DNA of 20,000 bases from an uncultured virus (IMG/VR IMGVR_UViG_3300030508_000022) (taxonomy: Duplodnaviria > Heunggongvirae > Uroviricota > Caudoviricetes), in IMG/VR virus record IMGVR_UViG_3300030508_000022, positions 53,392-73,391 of that record. One strand, given 5' to 3'. The position numbers and the translations under genes are program-made. Positions 1-7,938 of this stretch are shown piece by piece (the stretch's first letter is position 1; the number at the start of each line of letters is the position of its first letter). The notes beneath the pieces are model-generated. The model saw nothing but the letters and a program-made list of their open reading frames with translations, was not told the origin of the DNA and did no database searches.

Positions 1-1
1 A

Positions 2-439
2 GTAGAAACTCCAACACCTACACCAATAGAACCAGTAGCACCAGAGGCTACTGCTACACCAGAGCCCACCCCTACGGTAGAGCCTGTAGTAGAGCCCACA
101 CCATCAGTAACAGTATTTGATGTTGTTGGGACAGATAATTCCGAACCCAACCCATACAACGAAATACTAGAAAAGCTTGTTCCAGCATTAGCTGGCACAT
201 CTAAGCATCTTGTTGCAACATTCGCTAATGTTACTCCAACTACTGGGTATATTCTGGTAAGGACCTCAAACGGTATTTATACCTTTGCTCGAATCGTTGC
301 ATCCAATAATGGAGGCTTTGAGTCAGAGTTCTTGTATAATGTACCTGCCGCTGAGCACGCTCTACTAACCAAGATCTTTGAAGAGATTGGTGTCAAGCCG
401 TCTGGACATTCATTCATGAGTCAGTCTGGCATTCTGTAA
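2..439 (+). CDS. 3' part of a hypothetical protein with a Pro/Thr/Glu-rich linker (5'-truncated by the window edge)
   Basis: Frame 2 is open from the window start (VETPTPTPIEPVAPEATATPEPTP...SQSGIL) to TAA at 437-439, followed by a terminator. Not in the ORF track. Confidence 0.8.
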   Translation, partial: VETPTPTPIEPVAPEATATPEPTPTVEPVVEPTPSVTVFDVVGTDNSEPNPYNEILEKLVPALAGTSKHLVATFANVTPTTGYILVRTSNGIYTFARIVASNNGGFESEFLYNVPAAEHALLTKIFEEIGVKPSGHSFMSQSGIL

Positions 440-465
440 TTTCATTGTTACCACATAATGGAGAG

Positions 466-496
466 AGGGCCCCTGCGCAAGGGGCCCTTTTCTTTT
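466..496 (+). terminator. Rho-independent terminator
   Basis: AGGGCCCCT-GCGCA-AGGGGCCCT 9-bp stem followed by TTTCTTTT. Confidence 0.85.
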
Positions 497-616
497 GGGT
501 AGGAGGGGGGGGTATAAAAGGTGCCCTGTTCTTCCATAATACATTGGTAAAAGAATTATCACTTACATTACGTAAGGAGATAGCAAGTTAAAAACAAACC
601 AAAAAGGAAATCTCAT

Positions 617-1873
617 ATGTTTCACCGGGTCTGTCGGAGCATAGTCAGCTTAAAAACACTTTGCCCTATCAACGGGGCATTTCCTATGGAGGGCGATCCA
701 TTTATGCTACCTGAAGAAGGCGGTGTAATTGTGTATGGGATGTGGAACGAAAAGACGTTCCAAGGGAAAATCGGAGTTTATGAGATCGTCAATGGCATTC
801 CATGCCTTGCGGCCTCAGTTCCTGTATCAGGAACAAATGGGGCATATTGCCCAAGAAGGGAATTCCAACCAGCCGTCAATTGGATGGTGGGAATCCTCGA
901 ACGATCATCTACGAATGACCTCCCTACGGGAAGTTATTACATTCCGGTGGAAGAACTGGAAAAGAGGATCGAGCTCCCCAAGTTCTGGAAAGAACGTGGG
1001 AACAAGCAACAAAAGACTTTCGGACCCGAAGTGACTCGGCGTCGCGAGCTATTTGCTACTCTACCACACAGAAAATGTGTGGAGATCTCAAAGCTCCTAC
1101 TGCCAGCACGAGAGGGATCCACCACCAAGCTGGAGATTCTCCAGATTGATGAAGACGGAGCCCCAGGTGCGCTCAGCAACTTCCCCGTCAAGGCGAAGAA
1201 GTTCACACACCTCATGACCATTAGACTCGAGAAGTCATTGATGTTCATGAACACGGAATTGATGACTACCTGGCACCGCTACATCAAGCGTGCACAAGAA
1301 GTCAATATCACCCACGACCCCGACTCAGCTCGAATGGCCATACAGGATATGGCCATTGGGTTGCAAGAGTTGCTAACGGCACACTGCTACAGAAACTGGA
1401 TCACACCAGGGTCTGTGGACTTCAAGAATGAGTATTGCGAGCGGATGAACAATATCTGCACGAAAATAGTCAGCTACTTCCCTGAACTAGTGAAGCCAGT
1501 TGATACATTCAACCTGAAGTTGTGCGCTGTGGACCCAACCCAGATCCCCCTCCTGATCGGCATCCAAGGTTCCCCTGTGGGAGTCGGCAGAGCAGATCTC
1601 GTGGATGGATTCAAGTTCCCTCGTACATGGCGCAACACGCCATTCGAGGCAAAGTCAAAGGACGAAAAAGCTCCGTTCTTCCGCAAGCCAGTTCAAAAAG
1701 AAGCCCAGGTCATTTACTCGTCAGAGTTTGCACCTGAGCCAGTCCAAGTCGAACAACCTAAGGTTGAGGTCGACCCATCTATTACATCACCAGTTGAGAC
1801 TCCCGTAAAGGAGCACGCGACAACCGGTGGTATCAGTCTTAAGTCATTCTGGGAAATACCTTCCCTGGAATGA
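617..1873 (+). CDS. hypothetical protein (418 aa)
   Basis: Long ORF with AAGGA a few nt upstream of the ATG and a Pro/Glu-rich C-terminal tail. No family recognised. Confidence 0.8.
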   Translation: MFHRVCRSIVSLKTLCPINGAFPMEGDPFMLPEEGGVIVYGMWNEKTFQGKIGVYEIVNGIPCLAASVPVSGTNGAYCPRREFQPAVNWMVGILERSSTNDLPTGSYYIPVEELEKRIELPKFWKERGNKQQKTFGPEVTRRRELFATLPHRKCVEISKLLLPAREGSTTKLEILQIDEDGAPGALSNFPVKAKKFTHLMTIRLEKSLMFMNTELMTTWHRYIKRAQEVNITHDPDSARMAIQDMAIGLQELLTAHCYRNWITPGSVDFKNEYCERMNNICTKIVSYFPELVKPVDTFNLKLCAVDPTQIPLLIGIQGSPVGVGRADLVDGFKFPRTWRNTPFEAKSKDEKAPFFRKPVQKEAQVIYSSEFAPEPVQVEQPKVEVDPSITSPVETPVKEHATTGGISLKSFWEIPSLE

Positions 1874-1919
1874 TACCGCGCAAGAAGGTAATCAAACACA
1901 ACAACAAAAACAAAATACA

Positions 1920-2324
1920 ATGAACATCATTGCAAAGATCGGCGGCCTCTTTATCAAAAAAGCCGCACCCACCGCTGGCCAAAAGGCCGGTGTCATCGCC
2001 AAAGCTGCCATTAGTGCAGTAAGGCCATACGCAGTAGACGGCCTCAAGGTCGCTGCTGGAGTCGCCGCCCTCTATGGCGGTGCCAGACTCGGCATTTCCC
2101 TCGTGGACAATGCGGAGAAGGTTGCGCACAAGGGGGCGAGTGCCGGCAAGAGGGCGATGGAGACCGCAGGGGCTGCTGCCTCCATGGTCAAACACAAGGC
2201 CGCAGGCGCAGTCGGGTTGGCAACAGGCATTGTCCTGAAAGCCACTGGGGTCTTCAAGGGCCCCAAGAAAGACTCGGATGAAATTGTTCCTGAGGGCCTA
2301 GTGCCCCAGGAAGAACTCATCTAG
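1920..2324 (+). CDS. Ala/Gly/Lys-rich hypothetical protein (134 aa), possibly membrane-associated
   Basis: Start reassigned to ATG 1920 (MNIIAK...), which follows an A-rich leader and avoids overlap with the previous ORF. Hydrophobic stretch VAAGVAALYGGARLGISLV. Confidence 0.75.
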   Translation: MNIIAKIGGLFIKKAAPTAGQKAGVIAKAAISAVRPYAVDGLKVAAGVAALYGGARLGISLVDNAEKVAHKGASAGKRAMETAGAAASMVKHKAAGAVGLATGIVLKATGVFKGPKKDSDEIVPEGLVPQEELI

Positions 2325-2339
2325 TTCAAATACGGATTT

Positions 2340-2367
2340 AGGGTGGTGCTAGCAATAGCACCACCCT
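2340..2367 (+). terminator. strong hairpin, probable terminator or mRNA 3' stabiliser
   Basis: Perfect 12-bp stem AGGGTGGTGCTA/TAGCACCACCCT with a GCAA (GNRA) loop just after a stop codon. The U-tract is poor. Confidence 0.6.
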
Positions 2368-2478
2368 TGCCCGTCATCTTTTGAAAAGATACGATTAACG
2401 TTTCTGGCAGTAGCCAGTGTTAAATTATATTAGGTTACCACATATATTTAACACTGACTACTGCTTGAAATAACATAC

Positions 2479-3177
2479 ATGAGTAAAGACAAATTTATTT
2501 TAACTACTGACTATAAGTGCCACATGTTCTCTGCGGTATTCTCCCTTGAAGGACAAGAAAGTATCTTCAACTCAATGGACAAAGCCGACTTGCTCCACTC
2601 CTATATGGTCTCCAGGATCATGATTGAGTTTGATAAGTACGAGCAGGAAGGGATTTTCAATGATACAGAATTTTTAAAAGGCGCTGTCGTTCGAGTTAAA
2701 GATGTTCTGGACTCTGTGAAGAAGAGAGTGTCTGAATCGTACGAAAAGCGACTTGCTATTACTCTTTCCACAATCGAGGAAAGATACCCATTTGAAACAA
2801 AATGTGTAAACGAACTCATTAAAGACCCAACAGGTGTTGTGTGCTCTAGTTTCTTCGTTCCACAAATCATTATGGGGATGATTAATCATCACGAAAATAG
2901 CGAGAACAAGAAACTCCCACACCTGATCTCAATCAACCTTAATCAGTTCGTGGACGCTATTGGATCTTCCAATGAATCTGCAATAACTGATGCTGTCAAT
3001 CTCTGGAGGGAGAAAGACCTAGAGAACCAACTTCAGAATAGTAAAGGGATTGAAAACCTTCGACACCTAATCAAACAAACAGTCCAGGTTAGCCTTGTTG
3101 CTAATGGTGACTTTCAAAAATTTGTACAATCTCAAAATGCTGAAACAAATGCCACCAAAAAAGAAAAGGAGGGGTAG
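2479..3177 (+). CDS. hypothetical protein (232 aa)
   Basis: Long ORF with an A/C-rich leader. No motif recognised. Confidence 0.8.
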   Translation: MSKDKFILTTDYKCHMFSAVFSLEGQESIFNSMDKADLLHSYMVSRIMIEFDKYEQEGIFNDTEFLKGAVVRVKDVLDSVKKRVSESYEKRLAITLSTIEERYPFETKCVNELIKDPTGVVCSSFFVPQIIMGMINHHENSENKKLPHLISINLNQFVDAIGSSNESAITDAVNLWREKDLENQLQNSKGIENLRHLIKQTVQVSLVANGDFQKFVQSQNAETNATKKEKEG

Positions 3178-3805
3178 ACCCCCCAAAGTAAAGGAATCGC
3201 AACTGCCAGTTGTGCCCAAGAAACGGGGTCGTCCATTTAAAAATCCTCCTCAATCACTTCCGACTGAGAAGAAAAAACGTGGCAGACCTTTTAAGAATCA
3301 GCCTACTCCAACTGCTACCAAACCAAAGGTGAGGGCAAAGAGGGTTGAGAAAGTTACCCCAGAAAAACCAATCAAGAAAAAGGAAGTAGTGGTTGATACA
3401 GGGTTTGGATCTGTAGAAGGAAAGATGTTCCTATCCCACCGAGACTCCAAGATACCTAAATTCCAATCCTGGTACAAACAGTACCTGGATGTAGATCCAC
3501 AGAATAATGGAACAGACATTAATGGTCTTTCTGAAGTAATCTCTAAGCTGCAGGATGTAGTTAACGACTACTTCATTGAGAACAGTATAGACCTGTCCAT
3601 TAGGATTCCGGTTATGAGATTGATGCTGGGAGAGAAGATTACAAAAATATTCTTTATGCCAGAAGCTGCTGGAGTGACTGTTGAGATCTATTACAAGGTG
3701 AGTTCAGTTCCATCTGGTGCTAGTCCTTCTACAAAGACAACCTTGGTTTGTAATCAATTCAATTCTGCAGTGAGGTCAGTATTCCCACTGGGAGTTTCTG
3801 GATAG
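3149..3805 (+). CDS. AT-hook-containing putative DNA-binding protein (~218 aa)
   Basis: Start probably ATG 3149 (MPPKKK). Three AT-hook motifs (KRRGRPPK, KKRGRPFK, KKRGRPFK) in a basic N-terminus, followed by a globular-looking domain. Confidence 0.75.
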   Translation: MPPKKKRRGRPPKVKESQLPVVPKKRGRPFKNPPQSLPTEKKKRGRPFKNQPTPTATKPKVRAKRVEKVTPEKPIKKKEVVVDTGFGSVEGKMFLSHRDSKIPKFQSWYKQYLDVDPQNNGTDINGLSEVISKLQDVVNDYFIENSIDLSIRIPVMRLMLGEKITKIFFMPEAAGVTVEIYYKVSSVPSGASPSTKTTLVCNQFNSAVRSVFPLGVSG

Positions 3806-3838
3806 AAATTTATTTTACCCTGAAACTTAAGATTCTTG

Positions 3839-3868
3839 TTGACCTGCCTTAAATCCAGTGGTTAAAAT
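3839..3868 (+). promoter_or_regulatory. candidate sigma70-type promoter
   Basis: TTGACC (3839-3844), 18-nt spacer, TAAAAT (3863-3868), directly upstream of the rod-like hairpin. Confidence 0.45.
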
Positions 3869-3889
3869 CGAATCCGTCAGGATGAGTTC

Positions 3890-3988
3890 GGGAAAAGTCC
3901 GCTTCGCGTTAGCGAAGTGACTTATCGTGAGGAATCCGAAGGTTTCCGAGGGATCAGTCACTTCGGTAGCGAAAGCAGATCTTTTCCC
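3890..3988 (+). ncRNA. ~100-nt rod-like imperfect hairpin (putative ncRNA or structured leader)
   Basis: Nested pairings GGGAAAAG/CTTTTCCC, GCTTCGC/GCGAAAGC, CGAAGTGACT/AGTCACTTCG and GGAATCC/GGTTTCC in an intergenic gap. Confidence 0.55.
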
Positions 3989-4037
3989 CACCATAAATAC
4001 TTAAACAACATGACAAAAAGCTCCCTGAAAGGGAGCC

Positions 4038-4817
4038 ATGTCTTCATCCAAAAAGTTCGTGACAGAAAAAAACAAAAAGACAGATGAGTCTCAGTTTCCA
4101 GTCATAAAGTCAGAGGAGGATTCAGAGCTTCCTGAGAAAGAAGATCTCTTTGATAACTCCCCTAGGCCAGTCTTAACCTCCCTGATTGTTTCAGGAAAAG
4201 AGATCTCTGTCCCTTCCTCCTGTCAGTTCGATACAAAAGCGTTCTGGCATCCCAACCTGCCATTCGTCAACTCCTACAGAAACGAAGGGATCCTTCCAGT
4301 TAAGGAAACTAAGGAGTGGCTCTACAACAACTTCCTAGAAACCCTCACAGACCAAGAGGGTACCCAGAAGGTTATGGCAATGGAGAACGACGAACTTCTA
4401 GGAGTTGTCGCTACTCTATCCAAAGATCAATTTGAGAGACTGGCAATATACTGCTCGCAGAGGTTGTCTGAGGGCGCATACAAAGCTGAATGGAATGTAG
4501 AGATGTGGAACATTGGGTTCTCTCTCTTCTCAGAGCTTGGAATGGTACGGCTAGGGGTAGTTCCCCTTCCAGATGCCAAGAGGCTTTGGGTTGGAAGAGA
4601 TTCAGTTGCTGGATCCAGGCAAATTCAATTCAGGGCTGCTAGAGGAAATTTCCTCCACGTTGGCCTAGACTTTGTAAGAACCTTTATTGGTCAAGATGCC
4701 CACAAGAAGAGTTGGTCTCTCCAGCACAGAGGTGGACTCTGGAGGATAGTGTCAGGTAAACCCCGATCTCCTTCGTATATCTACATTGAGGAGTTCGACA
4801 ACGATTTATTTCAATGA
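4038..4817 (+). CDS. hypothetical protein (259 aa)
   Basis: Long ORF. The putative SD (GGGAG) lies within the hairpin GCTCCCT-GAA-AGGGAGC. ATGA overlap with the next gene. Confidence 0.8.
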   Translation: MSSSKKFVTEKNKKTDESQFPVIKSEEDSELPEKEDLFDNSPRPVLTSLIVSGKEISVPSSCQFDTKAFWHPNLPFVNSYRNEGILPVKETKEWLYNNFLETLTDQEGTQKVMAMENDELLGVVATLSKDQFERLAIYCSQRLSEGAYKAEWNVEMWNIGFSLFSELGMVRLGVVPLPDAKRLWVGRDSVAGSRQIQFRAARGNFLHVGLDFVRTFIGQDAHKKSWSLQHRGGLWRIVSGKPRSPSYIYIEEFDNDLFQ

Positions 4818-5083
4818 GTCTTCGATATGAACAGGATTCAGCAATAGCTGCTACTGAGAAGTTTTTGAAGAGCTTCTTTACTGGGAGGAAAAGAACACTC
4901 AAGGAATTGAGAGAGGAGGCGACCAAGTGCCTCAGACACTTCCCAGGAATTGACAAGGATGGCAAGCCCATCTTTAGTCAGGACAACATCAAGTGTCAGA
5001 CTAGAGATGAGGACCAAGCATTTTTTAATCCCCCAAAAATCTGTCCTCCAGTGGAGTACAGGCGTGGGGATAAGCGATACTAG
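4814..5083 (+). CDS. small phage protein resembling the BPSL0761-like family
   Basis: Pattern MSLRYEQ..AI..TEKFL...LREEA..CLRHFP resembles from memory the family motif MT.P.ER..A...R.FL...R..A..LLRHYP. Translationally coupled to the upstream ORF. Confidence 0.5.
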   Translation: MSLRYEQDSAIAATEKFLKSFFTGRKRTLKELREEATKCLRHFPGIDKDGKPIFSQDNIKCQTRDEDQAFFNPPKICPPVEYRRGDKRY

Positions 5084-5158
5084 TCAGCAGGTCAGTAACA
5101 ACGTCTGGTAGCACATTTGACATAGAGTGCTAGGAGTAACGTCCCTAGCTCCCTCCAC
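5064..5158 (+). ncRNA. putative small structured RNA with a tRNA-like 3' end
   Basis: Hairpin GCTAGG-AGTAACGTC-CCTAGC followed by TCCCT-CCA, able to pair with GGGGA at 5066-5070. The loop motif is shared with the 6903-7120 element. The 5' end overlaps the preceding CDS. Confidence 0.3.
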
Positions 5159-5328
5159 GATTGTCATTTAAAAGCGCCTACGGGATCGAGAGCCCAAAGA
5201 GCGGAGGGACTAAGTGAAAATCTGCTGTATACTTACAGAAGCACCTCTACCCGACAATCCAAAGCGCAATCCTTATACTCGATGACTTGAAAAGGGAGTG
5301 CATTCCCGTTCTGACTATTTTGATTTTA

Positions 5329-5402
5329 TGCGTGATCTTTCAATTGGCAGGAACCTGGCCAAATGGGGCTCGGGAATGTGGGTTCGAGTCCCGCTCACGC
5401 TC
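5329..5402 (+). tRNA. degenerate tRNA or tRNA-like element (no assignable anticodon)
   Basis: Acceptor GCGTGA/TCACGC, D-arm TTTC-AATTGGCA-GGAA and canonical T-arm GTGGG-TTCGAGT-CCCGC. The anticodon arm is irregular (bulged stem, 6-nt loop, no U33) and CCA is not encoded. Confidence 0.6.
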
Positions 5403-5405
5403 GTA

Positions 5406-5743
5406 TTTTCTGGACAAGGAGGTGGGCTTAGAAGCAGCCATCCATAGAGAGTTGACCGTAGTCGGGGGTCTAGGATACCTATGAGTCTACATCAAATACA
5501 CCGATAAAAAGGAGATAAATGTAGTATACGTTAGGGAATATATCTGAAGACTTATCTTATTCATTAAATAAAGGCATATGTTACCTAGGGCACTCTCCCT
5601 AGGTGATTTGAATAGGGTATGCTGCGAGGTTGCTACCTCCTCTTGTAATGAAATCTAGTTATAACCTATTGATTACAAGTAGGTATATGAGTGTTATACT
5701 ACGAGACCAGTCATTTGGCGTAAAAGCACGATTGTCCAGAAAA
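5406..5743 (+). ncRNA. structured RNA carrying 23S rRNA L11-binding (H43/H44) motifs with a large internal insert
   Basis: Perfect 12-bp closing stem TTTTCTGGACAA/TTGTCCAGAAAA. GGCTTAGAAGCAGCCATC (5425-5442) matches conserved 23S H43, and GCGTAAAAGC (5718-5727) matches the H44 loop GCGUAAUAGC with one mismatch. Confidence 0.75.
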
Positions 5744-5758
5744 CATTTTTGTAGAACT

Positions 5759-5961
5759 TCTTGGGTAGTGAAAAATACCGCTTGTTGGTTGAGTTTGGCC
5801 TGGCAAACTGTCATGACCCTATCAGCTTTGGTATGATTGGCTTTCAGACAAGCCACGCCTTGAAGGCAGAAAACAAGCAGGATAGTGTTGGCCAAGCTTC
5901 TTGCATTGCGCATCGCTGATACCGACGCTTACCCTGTTGCGCCTATTCTCACTACTCAAGA
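5759..5961 (+). ncRNA. putative ~200-nt structured RNA of unknown family
   Basis: 13-bp closing stem TCTTGGGTAGTGA/TCACTACTCAAGA (one G-U). Internal GCTTGTT/AACAAGC encloses hairpins AGTTTG/CAAACT, TGGCTT/AAGCCA and GCCT/AGGC. Confidence 0.55.
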
Positions 5962-6150
5962 TCCTTTTTTGGAAGATGTGTTTCGGTTAGTATCGGTATT
6001 GCCGAATTAAATGTTGAAAACCCGTCTGTGGCCGCGAGGAGCAATCCTTTCCCGCCCAAAAAAAGTAACAATGTAGAATTATGTGAAGTCCAAACTCACA
6101 AAAATTCTACTACAGATAATATCAGCAGCCCCTCAAAAAGGAATTAGTAT

Positions 6151-6897
6151 ATGTCGTACTTAGTACTCGACCCACAAAACAGCATTGAGGACAAATTCAA
6201 AGTCATCTCAGCAGTATCAGCAAGCAGACAGCATGGAGTTCAGTTCCGCCCAAGATCCTCTCAGGATAATACTTGGTTCGACTTCCCATGCACAGAAGTA
6301 ACAGACGAACATGTTCGTCAGAACTTCTTTAGAATCCCGATTTCGGGACAGGAGCAGACCTATCAAATCGAGCCGGTTCGCCGTGTGGTGTATCCAGCAC
6401 TCGCTGACATCGAACCGAAAGACACTTGGCTAAACCCAGGTCGCCTCTCTCCCGAGCAGATCAATACTGCAGCGGGATATCGTTTATTGACAAAGAATGA
6501 ACAGATTGCAATCGAGCTAGGTAAGGTCTCACAATGCTTCATTGGCGATCTTGAATTTTACGACTCCGGTGTTTGGAGAACGCGTCACCTAGGCAGTGCC
6601 CTTGCTGGCAAGAACGGTTTAACCACTTACCGCACCAAGCGTAAGTACAAGAACCCACTGAGTTCAAAAACTGATGATTGGTTCACTCCAACAATGACTT
6701 GGATTCGACTCAAGCGAGACAAGTCTACTGCGTGGCTTGTAACAGAAATTGTCCTTGATTTAACTTCAGGCCGTCCCGAGGGGTTGTTATTTAATAATGT
6801 TAGACACGATGTACTAAGTCTCATCCGTTCGGACAAATATGAGGTTAGTGCTGGTGACGACTATTGGCAGCCATTATCGGTCTTCAAAAACATTTAG
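6151..6897 (+). CDS. hypothetical protein (248 aa) embedded in the ncRNA array
   Basis: Long ORF with AAGGA upstream. No family recognised. Confidence 0.8.
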   Translation: MSYLVLDPQNSIEDKFKVISAVSASRQHGVQFRPRSSQDNTWFDFPCTEVTDEHVRQNFFRIPISGQEQTYQIEPVRRVVYPALADIEPKDTWLNPGRLSPEQINTAAGYRLLTKNEQIAIELGKVSQCFIGDLEFYDSGVWRTRHLGSALAGKNGLTTYRTKRKYKNPLSSKTDDWFTPTMTWIRLKRDKSTAWLVTEIVLDLTSGRPEGLLFNNVRHDVLSLIRSDKYEVSAGDDYWQPLSVFKNI

Positions 6898-6902
6898 TTG
6901 AT

Positions 6903-7120
6903 TTTGGTAGGCGGTGTGAAATCGTAGAACATAAAGGTTAGTTTCAAAGATAATCCTAGGGCCCCAAATTTAGGACTTTGAATCAGGTATTTAGCAAGGC
7001 ACTGATAAAGCTTAGACCTTAAAATACTCTACAAGGAAATACTGGAGTACCAGTCCGGTTAGAAATGAGAGTATACCGAAACGCAGATAATCGTGGGAAG
7101 TAACGTCCCACCCTACCAAA
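6903..7120 (+). ncRNA. putative ~215-nt structured RNA with a tRNA-like 3' end
   Basis: Closing stem TTTGGTAGG/CCTACCAAA stacked on hairpin GTGGGA-AGTAACG-TCCCAC. Internal stems TTCAAAG/CTTTGAA, ATACTCT/AGAGTAT, ACTGG/CCAGT and CGGT/ACCG. Confidence 0.6.
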
Positions 7121-7126
7121 TTGCCT

Positions 7127-7270
7127 TTTTGTAGTGCCGCAAGGCTGTGGTGAAACCATCCACAAATAGTAAGTGACCGAGTCCCTTTGCGAGCTGCAGG
7201 TTTCTTCAGGACAGAGGCAGGGGCCGGATCATCCTGTTACCATTCAGTGCACAAAACTATTACTACAAAA
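7127..7270 (+). ncRNA. putative ~145-nt structured RNA of unknown family
   Basis: Closing stem TTTTGTAGTG/TACTACAAAA, a GCC-GCAA-GGC GNRA hairpin and an internal CCCTTTGC/GCAGGGG stem. Confidence 0.5.
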
Positions 7271-7325
7271 TAAGCGGCAAAGGCCGCTCAGATATTGCCC
7301 ATGTTAGTTTAGTAGAAAGTTCAGT

Positions 7326-7793
7326 ATGGCAAAGAAGATTAGTGTAGAGGAGTTAGATACAGTCTTGACTGCTTCAGTCCAGGACGGAGCAGAGAAAGAA
7401 AGAATTTTAGCAGAGGTTCGTAATTATATTGCGAATCTTGCAAATGATCAGGACGAGGCAGAGCCTGCTGTAGAGACCAGGGATGTAACAATCCTTTTTG
7501 GCTCTCAGGAGACCATTGACGTGATTGATACCGACGCGATTGTAGCGTTCACTGTCAAAATTGAAGCCACCTCAGATCATAACCAGATAATTCCTCATTT
7601 GCTAGCGAAGGCCAGTATTTTTAATCAGAACACAAGGCGTAGAAACTCTCGTATCCAGAATCTGGGCGAGACTTTCAACACCCTCAGTCCTAAAAGGCAC
7701 TTGGATGAGTTTCCTAAAAAGATCCTCACCAAGCAAGCGTCCCTGGTCATCAAGACCACGAACCATCCTATACAGAGTGTTGTTGTGCGTTGA
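7326..7793 (+). CDS. hypothetical protein (155 aa)
   Basis: Clean ORF with plausible composition. No family recognised. Confidence 0.8.
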   Translation: MAKKISVEELDTVLTASVQDGAEKERILAEVRNYIANLANDQDEAEPAVETRDVTILFGSQETIDVIDTDAIVAFTVKIEATSDHNQIIPHLLAKASIFNQNTRRRNSRIQNLGETFNTLSPKRHLDEFPKKILTKQASLVIKTTNHPIQSVVVR

Positions 7794-7803
7794 CTACGGA
7801 GAT

Positions 7804-7864
7804 GCGCTACAGCCGGTGTAACCTTTTACGGGGTTATGCCGGCTAAGCGCCTTTCTATAGAAAG
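7804..7864 (+). promoter_or_regulatory. long hairpin(s) upstream of the Ubl gene
   Basis: 15-bp stem AGCCGGTGTAACCTT/GGGGTTATGCCGGCT with 4 G-U pairs, extended by GCGCT/AGCGC. A second hairpin CTTTC-TATA-GAAAG follows. Confidence 0.5.
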
Positions 7865-7938
7865 CGCCTAGTTGTGGTTCTTGATTAAAAACTAACGCTG
7901 GCTCCTGGCGTCCAGGTAGCAAACATAATATACACATT

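Noticed and set aside
3876..3980. Hammerhead ribozyme
   Set aside because: GATGAG and CGAAA are present, but the CUGAUGA core is not intact and the stem arrangement does not fit.
5416..5450. Genuine 23S rRNA gene or fragment
   Set aside because: Similarity is limited to two short motifs and the flanks do not resemble rRNA. Reported as a mimic instead.
5451..5716. Group I intron interrupting the rRNA-like motif
   Set aside because: I could not find recognisable P7 (R/S) core sequences. An Infernal search would be needed to exclude it fully.
5287..5913. Short ORFs 5287-5484, 5630-5836 and 5659-5913
   Set aside because: Short, two have TTG starts, no protein-like features, and they overlap strongly structured RNA elements.
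6903..7120. tmRNA, or a 16S h23-like motif (GTGAAATCGTAGA)
   Set aside because: Too short for tmRNA, with no TTCRA T-loop, G-U alanine acceptor or tag ORF. The 16S resemblance is short, gapped and may be chance.
7127..7270. SRP RNA
   Set aside because: A CAGG is present, but the GNRA tetraloop and AGCAG of domain IV are missing.
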